Positions 25,897 to 35,599 of a stretch of 36,188 nucleotides of DNA are shown here, piece by piece. Under the pieces are notes generated by a model that had not been told where the DNA came from, did not search any database, and saw nothing but the letters and a program-made list of their open reading frames with translations. A program made the translations under genes and the position numbers. Source of the DNA: an uncultured bacterium (GTDB taxonomy: Bacteria > UBP7 > UBA6624); contig CAYFJE010000003.1 in NCBI GenBank assembly GCA_964343345.1, positions 1-36,188 of the forward strand, written 5' to 3'. The stretch's first letter is position 1. Every line of letters begins with the position of its first letter.

Positions 25897-27702
25897 ATGA
25901 CAAAAATTATAGGTATAGATTTAGGAACAACCAATTCTTGTATGGCTGTATTTCAAAATGGGAGATCTGAAATCATTCCAAATGCTGAAGGAGGAAGGGT
26001 CACACCTTCTGTTGTTTCTTTTCAAGAGGACGGTGAGATTTTGGTAGGAGATCAGGCAGTTTCTGCAATGACGATAGCTCCTGATAGGACATTTGCAAAT
26101 GCAAAAAGAAGTATAGGGAGTTCAAAAAAATTCATGGTTGATGGAACAGAATTGACACCACAAGACATTTCAGCAAAGGTTTTAATGAAATTGAAAACAG
26201 ATGCTTCTAGTTATTTAGGTTCTGAAGTCAAGAAGGCAGTTATAACTGTTCCAGCATATTTCAATGACGCTCAAAGAAAGGCAACAAAACAAGCTGCTGA
26301 AATAGCAGGTCTTGATGTAGAAAGAATCATTAATGAACCTACTGCAGCTGCTCTTTCTTATGGTTTGGACAAATTTGAAGAGGATCAAACAATCGCAGTT
26401 TTCGATTTCGGTGGAGGAACTTTTGATATAACTGTTCTTGAAATAGGAGACGGTGTGTTTGAGGTAAAAGCAACAAACGGACATACGAAACTCGGGGGAG
26501 CTGATATTGACGATCTTGTTGCAGACTGGATAGCAGATAAATTTTACAGCGAACACAAGATTGATTTAAGGAAAGATTCAACAGCTTGGGCAAGGGTGAT
26601 CGAGGCTGCAGAAAAATCGAAAAAAGATTTAAGTTCTGTCCCAGCAAGTCAGATCAATTTGCCTTATCTGCACGAAGGACTTCATTTAAAAGCAACATTA
26701 ACAAGAGCGGAATTTGAAAAAATTTCTGATGTTGTTATGAAAAGATTAGTAAAGCCTTGTGAAAACGCAATGAAGGACGCAGGTGTTTCTTCATCTGAAA
26801 TTGACAAGGTTATTCTTGTTGGAGGTTCAACAAGGATTCCGAAGGTTCAGGAGTTGTGTAAAAAAATATTTGGGAAAAATCCTGAAAAAAGTGTTAATCC
26901 TGATGAGGTTGTTGCTTCTGGTGCAGCAATTCAGGGAGGTGTTCTTGGCGGGGAAGAATTCGAAGATGAAAAGAAAATTCTTTTAATTGATGTTACCCCT
27001 TTAAGTCTTGGATTGGAAACTTTAGGTGGTGTTATGACAACGATGATTAAGAGGAATTCTCCTGTTCCAACAGAACATAAGGAAATATTCTCAACAGCAG
27101 CCGATAATCAAGACAGAGTCGACATAAAGGTTCTTCAAGGCGAGAGAAAAATGGCTAATGACAATGTAATACTTGGAAATTTTCAATTAATCGATATCCC
27201 GAAAGAGAGAAGAGGTATTCCACAAATTGAAGTTTCTTTCAAAATTGATGCAAATGGTCTTTTGAATGTAGAAGCTACAGATAAAAAGACAGGGAAGTCT
27301 CAAAAAATACAAATTACAGGTTCTACTTCTTTAACAGAAGATGATGTAAAGAAGAAAATTGAAGATGCTGAAAAACATGCAGAGGAAGACAAAAAGAAAA
27401 AAGAGTCTGTTGAAGTTCATAATAATTTGGACTCAACAATCTGGCAAACAGAAACGATTCTTGAAGAAAACAAAGAAAAAGCTTCTGAAGATTCTGTAAA
27501 GACTCTCGAAGAGGCTATACAAAGTGCAAAATCGGCTTTAAGCTTAGAGGATATAGAGACGAAAAAAACAGCTCTTGAAGATTTGCAAAAAGCTGGAGTT
27601 ACTTTTGGTCAAACTATTGCACCTGACCCAGCTCAAACTGAAGGTATGGCAGAAGAAAGTAACGATGATTCCGGTGAGGAAGTTATAGAAGGTGAAGGAT
27701 AA
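25897..27702 (+). CDS. dnaK: Molecular chaperone DnaK
   Basis: IGIDLGTTNS, AVITVPAYF, INEPTAAA, DFGGGTFD, LVGGSTRIP, DVTPLSLG, GIPQIEV. Confidence 0.99.
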   Translation: MTKIIGIDLGTTNSCMAVFQNGRSEIIPNAEGGRVTPSVVSFQEDGEILVGDQAVSAMTIAPDRTFANAKRSIGSSKKFMVDGTELTPQDISAKVLMKLKTDASSYLGSEVKKAVITVPAYFNDAQRKATKQAAEIAGLDVERIINEPTAAALSYGLDKFEEDQTIAVFDFGGGTFDITVLEIGDGVFEVKATNGHTKLGGADIDDLVADWIADKFYSEHKIDLRKDSTAWARVIEAAEKSKKDLSSVPASQINLPYLHEGLHLKATLTRAEFEKISDVVMKRLVKPCENAMKDAGVSSSEIDKVILVGGSTRIPKVQELCKKIFGKNPEKSVNPDEVVASGAAIQGGVLGGEEFEDEKKILLIDVTPLSLGLETLGGVMTTMIKRNSPVPTEHKEIFSTAADNQDRVDIKVLQGERKMANDNVILGNFQLIDIPKERRGIPQIEVSFKIDANGLLNVEATDKKTGKSQKIQITGSTSLTEDDVKKKIEDAEKHAEEDKKKKESVEVHNNLDSTIWQTETILEENKEKASEDSVKTLEEAIQSAKSALSLEDIETKKTALEDLQKAGVTFGQTIAPDPAQTEGMAEESNDDSGEEVIEGEG

Positions 27703-28171
27703 TCTTAAAAAACCTCAAATCTTGATCAACAAATGGATCAAGAAAGCAAAAACCGACGAGGCTCTTGCTTGGGCTCTCGGCTTGGCGAAAGATGCTCAAA
27801 AAAAATATATTTCAGTCAAAGCAGAAGAAGAAAATTTTGCTAGGAGAAAAGAAATCCAAATTCAAGAAAGTTTAAGAAAAGGGAAAACTGAAGGTGCTCT
27901 TGCTTTAGTTGACTCAGTCGAATCTTTGGAACGTGCTCTAGAATTTTCAAAAGATAAAGAAGGGCTTGAAATGATAAGGGATGAACTTTTGAATAGATTG
28001 AAGACCTTGGGTGTTGAAGAAGTTGATTCGGTTAGATTTGATCCTGCTTTGCACAAGGCTGTTAAGGGAAAAGGAAAGAAAATATTAAAAGTTCTGAGAA
28101 AAGGATATGTTATAGATGGAAGAATCCTAAGACCAGCAATGGTTGAGCTTGAAAAAGGAAAGGCAAGTTGA
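27692..28171 (+). CDS. grpE: Nucleotide exchange factor GrpE
   Basis: AE.EN..RR, LERAL, FDP.LH.AV, KGY...GRILRPAMV; between dnaK and dnaJ. Confidence 0.92.
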   Translation: MKDNLKKPQILINKWIKKAKTDEALAWALGLAKDAQKKYISVKAEEENFARRKEIQIQESLRKGKTEGALALVDSVESLERALEFSKDKEGLEMIRDELLNRLKTLGVEEVDSVRFDPALHKAVKGKGKKILKVLRKGYVIDGRILRPAMVELEKGKAS

Positions 28172-29292
28172 CAAAAATAAATAGTGATAATCTTTACGAA
28201 AGGTTAGGTGTTTCTAAAAATGCTTCTGAAAAAGAACTCAAGAAAGCTTATAGAAATCTTGCTAGGAAACATCATCCAGATGTAAATCCTGGTGATTCTG
28301 AAGCTGAAGAAAGATTCAAGAAGATATCACAGGCTTATCAAATACTTTCAGATCCTAAGAAGAAAGATCTTTATGACAGATACGGCATGGCCGCATTCCA
28401 GCCTGGTGGACCTGCTTCGCAGGCAGGGGTTAATATGGAAGATTTTGGAGACATGTTTTCAAATCTTGGACTCGATGATATATTTGATACTTTTTTTGGC
28501 GGTGGTTTTTCTGGAAGAGGGCAGTCAAGGAGAAGAAGCCCGGGCAGAAGAGGTGAAGATATAGTGTTAAACAAGAGTTTGTCTTTTGAGGATATCGAAT
28601 CTGGCATAAAAGAAGATGTAAAAATTAAAAAATACAAAAGATGTGAAAAATGTACTGGATCAGGAATCAAGGCAAATACGACACCGAGAACATGCAACAC
28701 CTGTAAGGGAACTGGAAATATAACAAGGAGTATGGGGTTCATGAGGGTTCAAAGCCCATGTGGAAACTGTCAAGGTTCGGGACGTATACATGATTCATGC
28801 CTTTCTTGTAGGGGTCAAGGAAGGATTCCTGAAAATGAAAGGATATCAATCAAAATTCCAGCTGGGATAAGGGAAGGAAGCAAGATTAGATATAGCCAAA
28901 AAGGACATGCTGGAATCAAAGGTGGTTCAAATGGCGATCTTTACATTGCTGTGAATGTGAGAAGCGATCGTCTTTTCATCAGGGAAGAGGATGATTTGAT
29001 TGTTGATGCAGTATTAACTATGCCTGAGCTTTTCTTAGGCATTGATTTGGATGTTGTTCTTCCTGGAAAGAGAAAGATCAATTTGAAAGTACCAAAAGGA
29101 TCAAGGGATGGTGATATTGTTAAGATCAAAGGAGAGGGTTTTCCTAGGCTTAGAGGGAATGGAAGAGGTGATTTGAAGGTGAGGCTGAGAGCTAATCCTA
29201 TTGGTAGGTTTGGAAACAACATTAAAATACTTGTAGAGAAACTGAATTCTCTTTTGCCAAAGGTAAAGGATAGATTCAGGAGGCCTAGATGA
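28168..29292 (+). CDS. dnaJ: Molecular chaperone DnaJ (class A)
   Basis: J domain with HPD, G/F-rich region with DIF, four CxxCxGxG repeats, G..GDL C-terminal domains. Confidence 0.97.
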   Translation: MTKINSDNLYERLGVSKNASEKELKKAYRNLARKHHPDVNPGDSEAEERFKKISQAYQILSDPKKKDLYDRYGMAAFQPGGPASQAGVNMEDFGDMFSNLGLDDIFDTFFGGGFSGRGQSRRRSPGRRGEDIVLNKSLSFEDIESGIKEDVKIKKYKRCEKCTGSGIKANTTPRTCNTCKGTGNITRSMGFMRVQSPCGNCQGSGRIHDSCLSCRGQGRIPENERISIKIPAGIREGSKIRYSQKGHAGIKGGSNGDLYIAVNVRSDRLFIREEDDLIVDAVLTMPELFLGIDLDVVLPGKRKINLKVPKGSRDGDIVKIKGEGFPRLRGNGRGDLKVRLRANPIGRFGNNIKILVEKLNSLLPKVKDRFRRPR

Positions 29293-29669
29293 GTGATTTG
29301 CTTTATCCGATAAGTGTTGTTGCTGAGTTGTTGAATATTCATCCACAGACGTTGAGGAATTACGAGGTTAAGGGATTGATAATTCCAAAAAGAAAAGGAA
29401 GGGCGAGAATGTACACTGATTCTGATGTTGATGATATCAAGGCAATTATGACATTGACAAGGGACATGGGTGTAAATCTTGCTGGTGTCGAGATTGTCTT
29501 GAAAATGAGAAGAAGGGAAAAGAAGCTGAGAAGAGAGATGAAGAAATTCGTTTCAATCATGAAGGAGCTTATCAATAAGGAAAAACATGAGAAGGGTAAG
29601 AAGGGTGCGATTGTGAAATACATGGATTATGGTTTTGACCTCCTTGATGAAGATAAGGATTTGATTTAA
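29289..29669 (+). CDS. hspR: Heat-shock repressor HspR (MerR family)
   Basis: [22 protein letters not shown]...R.Y...D......LT.D.GVNLAGV; directly after dnaJ. Confidence 0.92.
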   Translation: MSDLLYPISVVAELLNIHPQTLRNYEVKGLIIPKRKGRARMYTDSDVDDIKAIMTLTRDMGVNLAGVEIVLKMRRREKKLRREMKKFVSIMKELINKEKHEKGKKGAIVKYMDYGFDLLDEDKDLI

Positions 29670-29718
29670 GTATGAAAAAAAAATCAAGAGATTTCAATAT
29701 TAAAATACATAAAAAATA

Positions 29719-29955
29719 ATGCCTCTTTTCAATTTCAAATGCAGAACTTGTGGTCGTGTTCAGGAATTCATGGTTTCAGGCAACCGAAAGATTGACAAGA
29801 AATGCGACGATTGTGATTCTTCAAATTGGGAAAAACAGTTCACAAAAAGAATGGGGGTTGTTTTCAAGGGTGGTGGATTTTATGTCAGCGACAACAGGAA
29901 AGGTTCCTCGAAAAAGAAAAGCCCTCCCAAAAAAGAAACAAAAGACAGTAAATGA
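29719..29955 (+). CDS. FmdB-family zinc-ribbon protein
   Basis: MP.F.FKC..CG...E...C..C...GVVFKGGGFY..D plus a basic tail. Confidence 0.85.
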   Translation: MPLFNFKCRTCGRVQEFMVSGNRKIDKKCDDCDSSNWEKQFTKRMGVVFKGGGFYVSDNRKGSSKKKSPPKKETKDSK

Positions 29956-30593
29956 TAGATATTCCAATCACCCTTTCAGCTGACAGGTATTTGCCCAAAT
30001 ACGCTAAATGGCTTGAGGAATCCGGTTTCAAGGCTTGCAGAGTTAAAAGCAGCGAAGACATCAAAGATCCTCCTTTCCTTGTTTTGAGTGGAGGCGGTGA
30101 CTTGGGAATTGGAACAAATGCTTATACATGCAGTAATCCTGAAAAGCAGATTGCAGGGGTGAAAGAGGATAGGGATAGGTTGGAATTCGATTTGCTTCAT
30201 CTTGCAATCGAAAAGAGCATTCCTGTTTTGGGTGTGTGTAGAGGTTTTCAAGTCATGAATGTATTTTTAGGTGGAACATTATGGCCAGATATCGAAAATG
30301 GGAATTTTGAATTAAATAAACATAGGGGAGGTGAAAAAAAAGAAGGTTCTGATGTTATACATGTTGTCAACACGAAACAAGGAAGCCTTCATGTAACAAG
30401 TCATCATCACCAAGGCATTAAAACATTAGGCGATGGTCTTTTTCCCACTGCATATTCTGAAGATGGTTTGATAGAGGCCTTTATTAGTTTTGATAGTTTA
30501 TGGAATGCTGTACAGTGGCACCCTGAAAGGACTGAAGCAGGAAGAGGTAGAAGATGGTTCGAAGATTGGTTAGAATCCATCATTAGCCGTTAA
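29952..30593 (+). CDS. Peptidase C26 / gamma-glutamyl-GABA hydrolase family (class I GATase fold)
   Basis: LSGGGD, RD..E, P.LGVCRG.Q..NV..GGTL, S.HHQ, DG.IEA, VQWHPE triad. Confidence 0.9.
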   Translation: MIDIPITLSADRYLPKYAKWLEESGFKACRVKSSEDIKDPPFLVLSGGGDLGIGTNAYTCSNPEKQIAGVKEDRDRLEFDLLHLAIEKSIPVLGVCRGFQVMNVFLGGTLWPDIENGNFELNKHRGGEKKEGSDVIHVVNTKQGSLHVTSHHHQGIKTLGDGLFPTAYSEDGLIEAFISFDSLWNAVQWHPERTEAGRGRRWFEDWLESIISR

Positions 30594-30594
30594 A

Positions 30595-30670
30595 GGGGAC
30601 TTAGCTCATTCGGTAGAGCGCCTGCTTTGCAAGCAGGAGGTGGCGGGTTCGAATCCCGCAGTCTCCACCA
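30595..30670 (+). tRNA. tRNA-Ala (anticodon TGC), CCA encoded
   Basis: Acceptor GGGGACT/AGTCTCC with the G3:U70 Ala identity pair; CCTGC-TTTGCAA-GCAGG; GGTTCGAATCC; ACCA end. Confidence 0.97.
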
Positions 30671-30684
30671 GGACAGTTGCCTTT

Positions 30685-31764
30685 ATGAAACATGTAGACA
30701 AAGATATAGCAAAGGCTTCAACCCTTCCAGGTTCTTTCTATTCTTCTGAAAGCCTTTTTTCTGTAGCAAGAGAAAAGATTTTTGAGAAAAGTTGGCAATT
30801 CGTCACCCATGAATCAAATTTAAAGTCTGAGAAAGATGCTTTTCCATTTAGGTTTTTAGATGACTTCATCAAAGAGCCACTTTTTCTTGTAAAAAACAAG
30901 AATATAGATTGTTTTTCAAATGTTTGTACTCACAGGGGAAATATTCTTATGAATGAGCCTTGTAATGTTGGGAAATCAATATTTTGCAAGTACCATGGAA
31001 GAAGGTTCGATTCATGCGGAAAGTTTTTATCGATGCCTGAGACAAAAGGGATGGAAGATTTTCCTTCAAGGAGAGATGATCTTACGAAGATACCATCTGA
31101 GAAATGGAGACAGTTTGTTTTCACCTCAATTGACCCTTCTTTTTCTTTTGGCGATTTGATAAAAGATGTTGAAGAAAGAGTGGGTTGGATGCCGATAGAG
31201 GATTTTGTTTATCGGGAAGATTTGTCAAAAGAATATACAGTTGATGCAAATTGGGCTTTGTATTGTGACAATTATCTTGAATGTTTTCATTGCCCTTTTG
31301 TTCATAAGGGGCTTTCTGCAGTTCTTAAGCATCAAGAATACCATATCGATATATTCAGTTATTCAAGTCTTCAAGTTGGAGTCGGGAAAGATAAAAAGGA
31401 TTGTTTTGAGTTGCCAAAAGATTCTATTGATTACGGAAAGAAAATTGCAGCTTATTATTTTTGGCTGTTTCCTAACACCATGTTGAATTTCTATCCTTGG
31501 GGACTATCGTTAAATATCGTAAAGCCAGTTTCGGTTGGAAGAACAAAAGTTCAATTCAAGTCATATGTTTGGGATGAATCAAAATTAGATTTAGGAGCCG
31601 GTGCTAGTTTAGAAAAAGTTGAACTTGAAGACGAAGAGATTGTTGAGAGTGTCCAGAAAGGGGTCCTTTCAAGATTTTACGAACATGGAAGATTTTCACC
31701 AAAAATGGAAAAGGGTGTTCATCATTTCCATTCCTTGATTGACAGTTTCATCAACAGAGATTAA
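30685..31764 (+). CDS. Rieske non-heme iron oxygenase alpha subunit (choline monooxygenase-like)
   Basis: NVCTHRG...CKYHG Rieske motif; NW....DNYLE..H.P.VH and distal ED iron ligands; E.GVHHFH. ATG 30685 chosen. Confidence 0.9.
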   Translation: MKHVDKDIAKASTLPGSFYSSESLFSVAREKIFEKSWQFVTHESNLKSEKDAFPFRFLDDFIKEPLFLVKNKNIDCFSNVCTHRGNILMNEPCNVGKSIFCKYHGRRFDSCGKFLSMPETKGMEDFPSRRDDLTKIPSEKWRQFVFTSIDPSFSFGDLIKDVEERVGWMPIEDFVYREDLSKEYTVDANWALYCDNYLECFHCPFVHKGLSAVLKHQEYHIDIFSYSSLQVGVGKDKKDCFELPKDSIDYGKKIAAYYFWLFPNTMLNFYPWGLSLNIVKPVSVGRTKVQFKSYVWDESKLDLGAGASLEKVELEDEEIVESVQKGVLSRFYEHGRFSPKMEKGVHHFHSLIDSFINRD

Positions 31765-31830
31765 CGGTACTTTCAAGATACAAGCCTAGTGTCCATGAAC
31801 CATGAACACAGATATTATCTGGTTTTCTTT

Positions 31831-34644
31831 TTAATCCAGTTTAGGGATACAGGTTGGGTTACCAAAACATGGCCATAGCGTTTCAAGCATTTCACCCAAT
31901 GTTCCTCCAGCTCCTGTTATTTCGTCAAGAGATCCTTGGTCTGAGAGTCTTACAAAATGGTTTCTATCCATGATTAGATATCTAGGTGCAACACCTCCAG
32001 CCCATCCTGAACCTTCAAAGTAACTGGTGTATTGATCCATAAGGATGTTATCTTCATCCCATACGAAAGTCCAGTTGTAGCCATTTGAAAGGTGCCAGTC
32101 TGCGAGATCTTCAACAGAAATGAACGAATCGTTTCCAGTTACAGGGTCTTTTCCAAGTCCTATAGAAATAATTTCCACACTTGAAGCAGGGAATCCATTT
32201 CCTTCAAAGTAAGGAAGTATATGGTTGTTCATGTCGTTTATTGCAGTTGTTTCGTCCTTTATGAAGAACTGCATCACTATAACCTGACCTCTAAACTTGT
32301 CATCAGAAACCGTTCTTTGTAAAGCTGTATGTACATTTCTTATAACAATAGGAGCACCTGCAGTAGCAAAAAGAGTGTTCCCAGTTGGGCAGTCTGGTGT
32401 TGCTTCATCAGCAGTGCTAGGCCAGTCTAATTCACAATCGAGGCTTTCTTGAGCATTTGATAAAGGCCAAATTTCCCTCGGAGCATATACGACAAAGAAT
32501 GACTTACTACCATCATCAAGTTCATTATCTTGTAATCCAGCTTCATTGACTATTGCAACTTCAACCAAGAAATTCGGTGCTGCAGGATCTAGTGTTGTGT
32601 AAGTGTGAGTTCCAGTTTGATTTGTTGGTCCATCACCAGGACTTGCTTCATCACCCATAAGCCATTGCCATGTTATCAATTGTGGTGGAGCATTATTGTC
32701 AATTCCATCAGCTTGATATCCAATTGAGAAAGCTGTTGGATTAAGGAACTGATACTCTCCCGCATAACATGTCAAAAATCCATCTGCGGGAACACATTCT
32801 CTCATTGTCAATGTTGGTGGAACTGCATCAACTAAGATAACCGAAACGACATCGGAGAAATCTGTGTTTCCGCTTGTGTCAGTTGCTTTTGCTATAAGAT
32901 CCTTTGCTCCTTCATTTTCGAAAGTAGTATCCCAGAGACATACAGCAAGACCTGGGTCTGGAGAACCATCTGCATCCAAATCTGGCCCATCGCTGAGATT
33001 GGTATCAGTACATCCATCTATAACAACTCCGTTTGCAATAAATTCAACTTTTTGTATCCCTACATTATCAGTTGCTTGTGCAACTATGGTTGGATTTCCT
33101 GCTATCTGTGCTCCAGCTAATGGCTCAATTGAAGTTCCGTCATCAGAGAGTTTTCCTAATATTGTTACATCAGGTGGAATAAAGTCTCCGGTTCCATTAT
33201 CGACTCTTACTTTTATACAAGCGAAGTAGTCATCTGGTTCTCCAGCACTTCCGAAAGTTCCACCACATATTGGGGTTGCTGATGGGTTTCCTTCTGTGTC
33301 ATAAGCTATGGCTGTCAAGTTGTAAAGGCCATTATTAAGAAGTGTTGTTGGCCAGTAGAAAACCCAAGAACTTTCTTCTCCGGCTGAACTTTGACCGAGA
33401 AGAACTCCATCGAGATAATATTCAATTTTATCAATTTCGACATTTGTTCCACAATCTTGATAAAGAGATTCCGGAACTGAGACAACCGGAGATTTTGAAA
33501 GAATTGAAACAGTATTTGAAACTGTTGGAACCCAGTAGAACGTTGAATTTCCAAAATTTACTTCTTGTAAAACAGGGTTTATTATTCTTACACAAGGTTC
33601 ATCTATGTTTGGAGTACCTGTTCCTGTTGAATTTGAAACAACAATTTGAAGAGGCTCCATCCTTGGGTTATTTGACAAATCTGTAGCTATAGCAATTAGT
33701 TCGTAAACATTGTCAGGAGTTTCTGTTGTGTCAACTTGGATTGTCCATATGTCTCCAAATTCTCTTACACCATCTCCAATTACCTGAGGGTTCTCTCCAG
33801 GAACTCTAGACATAAAGGTGACTGAGTTAACTCCAACATTATCAGTAGCCTCTATTTGAAGAGAAACGGTTCCTGATATTTGTTCATTTACAGATGAAGG
33901 GTTAAGCCAGTTTACCGTTGGCGGTATTAAGTCGTCAGATATTGAAGCTGATTCAATTACTACAGGAACACTTGACATAACAGTGTGTGTTGTTGTGTTA
34001 TTTGTAAACACACCTTGAACTTTAACAATATGTATTCCTGGTTCTGAGCCAGTGGAATCCCAAATGCAAAAAACATCATCGTCACATGATGGTAAAAGAG
34101 TGCTGTCTATTTGATAAATTATGGAATCTGCTGTTCCTAGTTCTTGAGGATAAGAAATTTGAATAGAAACATTTCCTTTAACGACTTCGTTTGTTGTTGG
34201 TGATGTTATTTGCAAATCAGCAGTTGGAGATAGATTGTTTACGGAAATATCTTCAAGATCTATTATTGAGGACTGGTCATCAAGTGTCAGAATAACAGCT
34301 ATTTCATGTTCTCCATTTGGCAAGTTGTTTGTGTTGAGTTCATTATTTGGAGTACAAAAAACATTCAAATTCGAAGAGCATGTTTCAAGAGTGGTCCAAG
34401 GAAGTTGGTCAACTTTTAGAACAGGAGATGTTCCATTTGGGATTATTACAGATGCATCGTATTCCACTGTGACTGATAAAGTTCCTTGAACGTTTTGTGT
34501 GTTTTGGTCAAAAGACATAATGACTTGGCTTCCATCGCTTGAGTTAATCGCTTCGTTATTTTCTGGAGTCGAGCCTCCTGAACTACAAGAAGAAATGGAA
34601 AGAGAAATTATTAAAGAAAATAAAGTAAGTTTTTTAATCATCAT
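31831..34644 (-). CDS. Large acidic surface lipoprotein: multiple Ig-like (Big) domains, PKD-like domain, C-terminal thioredoxin-like fold
   Basis: Lipobox ISS-C; repeated D..PP.V...ATDNVGV..V.F...WDTT....G.Y.L.A.A.D..GN; W..GD.......HTY (PKD); redoxin-like tail. Confidence 0.8.
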   Translation of the reverse strand: MMIKKLTLFSLIISLSISSCSSGGSTPENNEAINSSDGSQVIMSFDQNTQNVQGTLSVTVEYDASVIIPNGTSPVLKVDQLPWTTLETCSSNLNVFCTPNNELNTNNLPNGEHEIAVILTLDDQSSIIDLEDISVNNLSPTADLQITSPTTNEVVKGNVSIQISYPQELGTADSIIYQIDSTLLPSCDDDVFCIWDSTGSEPGIHIVKVQGVFTNNTTTHTVMSSVPVVIESASISDDLIPPTVNWLNPSSVNEQISGTVSLQIEATDNVGVNSVTFMSRVPGENPQVIGDGVREFGDIWTIQVDTTETPDNVYELIAIATDLSNNPRMEPLQIVVSNSTGTGTPNIDEPCVRIINPVLQEVNFGNSTFYWVPTVSNTVSILSKSPVVSVPESLYQDCGTNVEIDKIEYYLDGVLLGQSSAGEESSWVFYWPTTLLNNGLYNLTAIAYDTEGNPSATPICGGTFGSAGEPDDYFACIKVRVDNGTGDFIPPDVTILGKLSDDGTSIEPLAGAQIAGNPTIVAQATDNVGIQKVEFIANGVVIDGCTDTNLSDGPDLDADGSPDPGLAVCLWDTTFENEGAKDLIAKATDTSGNTDFSDVVSVILVDAVPPTLTMRECVPADGFLTCYAGEYQFLNPTAFSIGYQADGIDNNAPPQLITWQWLMGDEASPGDGPTNQTGTHTYTTLDPAAPNFLVEVAIVNEAGLQDNELDDGSKSFFVVYAPREIWPLSNAQESLDCELDWPSTADEATPDCPTGNTLFATAGAPIVIRNVHTALQRTVSDDKFRGQVIVMQFFIKDETTAINDMNNHILPYFEGNGFPASSVEIISIGLGKDPVTGNDSFISVEDLADWHLSNGYNWTFVWDEDNILMDQYTSYFEGSGWAGGVAPRYLIMDRNHFVRLSDQGSLDEITGAGGTLGEMLETLWPCFGNPTCIPKLD

Positions 34645-34720
34645 TTTATTTATCTCTTATGAGATAACCAAGCAATTATAGAACAAAAAAAATAAAATAC
34701 AATCACTATGGTACATAAAA

Positions 34721-35599
34721 TTGATTAATTTGAATCGCACTTGCCTTATAGCTTCCGGCTATCTATATAAATTTGATGATTATCCAGGTTTCGATCCTTC
34801 AAATTGGGCTGGGGTTTTGACTAAAGGTTTGAGTTTAGAGGAGAGGAAAGGGAACCCTTCACATAGGCTTGCCGAAACTGATTGTGGGGTGATAAATTCG
34901 ATAGGATTAGCAAACCCTGGCGCTAAAAAATTTTCTTTAGGTGTTTTACCAGGTCTTAAAACATTGAACATTCCTGTAATAGCAAATCTTTCCGGATGGT
35001 CCATTGAGGGTTATGGGGAGTTGACAAGAAAACTTATTGAGTTTTCGAAAGATTCTTACTGGGGTTACGAAATAAACCTTTCTTGTCCGAACATTCATGG
35101 CGGAAGTTTAGAGTTTGGAACAGATGTTAATGTAATAAAGAGTGTTGTAAGTTCTGTTAAAAAAGAGACAAGCAAGCCAGTTATAGCGAAACTTACTCCA
35201 TTGGTTCCTGATATGAGGCCATATGCCGAGGCATCTCTTGATGCTGGCGCAGACGCAATCACTATTGCGAATACATACCCTGCGATGGCTATTGATGTAG
35301 AAAAAAAGAAACCTATTTTAGGTTTTGAGTACGGAGGTCTTTCTGGGCCTGCCATAAAGCCCATAACATTAAGACATTGTCATATGGTTTATAGAGAGTT
35401 TGAATGCGATATTTTTGCTTCTGGTGGAATTATGGATTTGAACAGTGCTCTTTCGTACATAATGAGTGGTGCAAAATGGCTTCAAATAGGTGCTTTGTTT
35501 TTTTCAAACCCTCATGAAGCTGTGAGTTTTCCTTTAGAGCTTGAAAAGGAAATCAAAAAAAGAGGTGGAATAAAAAATGTTTTTGGAGCAGCTGTTTAA
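34721..35599 (+). CDS. pyrD: Dihydroorotate dehydrogenase, class 1 (B-type-like)
   Basis: ASG, TK, R.GNP..R..E...G.INSIGL.NPG, EINLSCPN, KLTP, NT, GGLSGPAIKP. Confidence 0.93.
   Translation: MINLNRTCLIASGYLYKFDDYPGFDPSNWAGVLTKGLSLEERKGNPSHRLAETDCGVINSIGLANPGAKKFSLGVLPGLKTLNIPVIANLSGWSIEGYGELTRKLIEFSKDSYWGYEINLSCPNIHGGSLEFGTDVNVIKSVVSSVKKETSKPVIAKLTPLVPDMRPYAEASLDAGADAITIANTYPAMAIDVEKKKPILGFEYGGLSGPAIKPITLRHCHMVYREFECDIFASGGIMDLNSALSYIMSGAKWLQIGALFFSNPHEAVSFPLELEKEIKKRGGIKNVFGAAV

Noticed and set aside
30640-30684. GTG start of the Rieske ORF given in the track
   Set aside because: It lies inside tRNA-Ala; ATG 30685 is preferred.
4521-31764. A single amine/gamma-glutamyl catabolic pathway (ALDH7, PxpABC, peptidase C26, Rieske)
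   Set aside because: The genes are scattered across different transcription units with no shared regulatory motif seen.
31765-31830. Terminator or sRNA between convergent genes (CAGAT-ATT-ATCTG plus T-run; CCATGAA twice)
   Set aside because: The stem is short and AT-rich; too weak to call.
30595-34644. tRNA-anchored genomic island
   Set aside because: No integrase and no duplicated tRNA 3' end seen after either tRNA.
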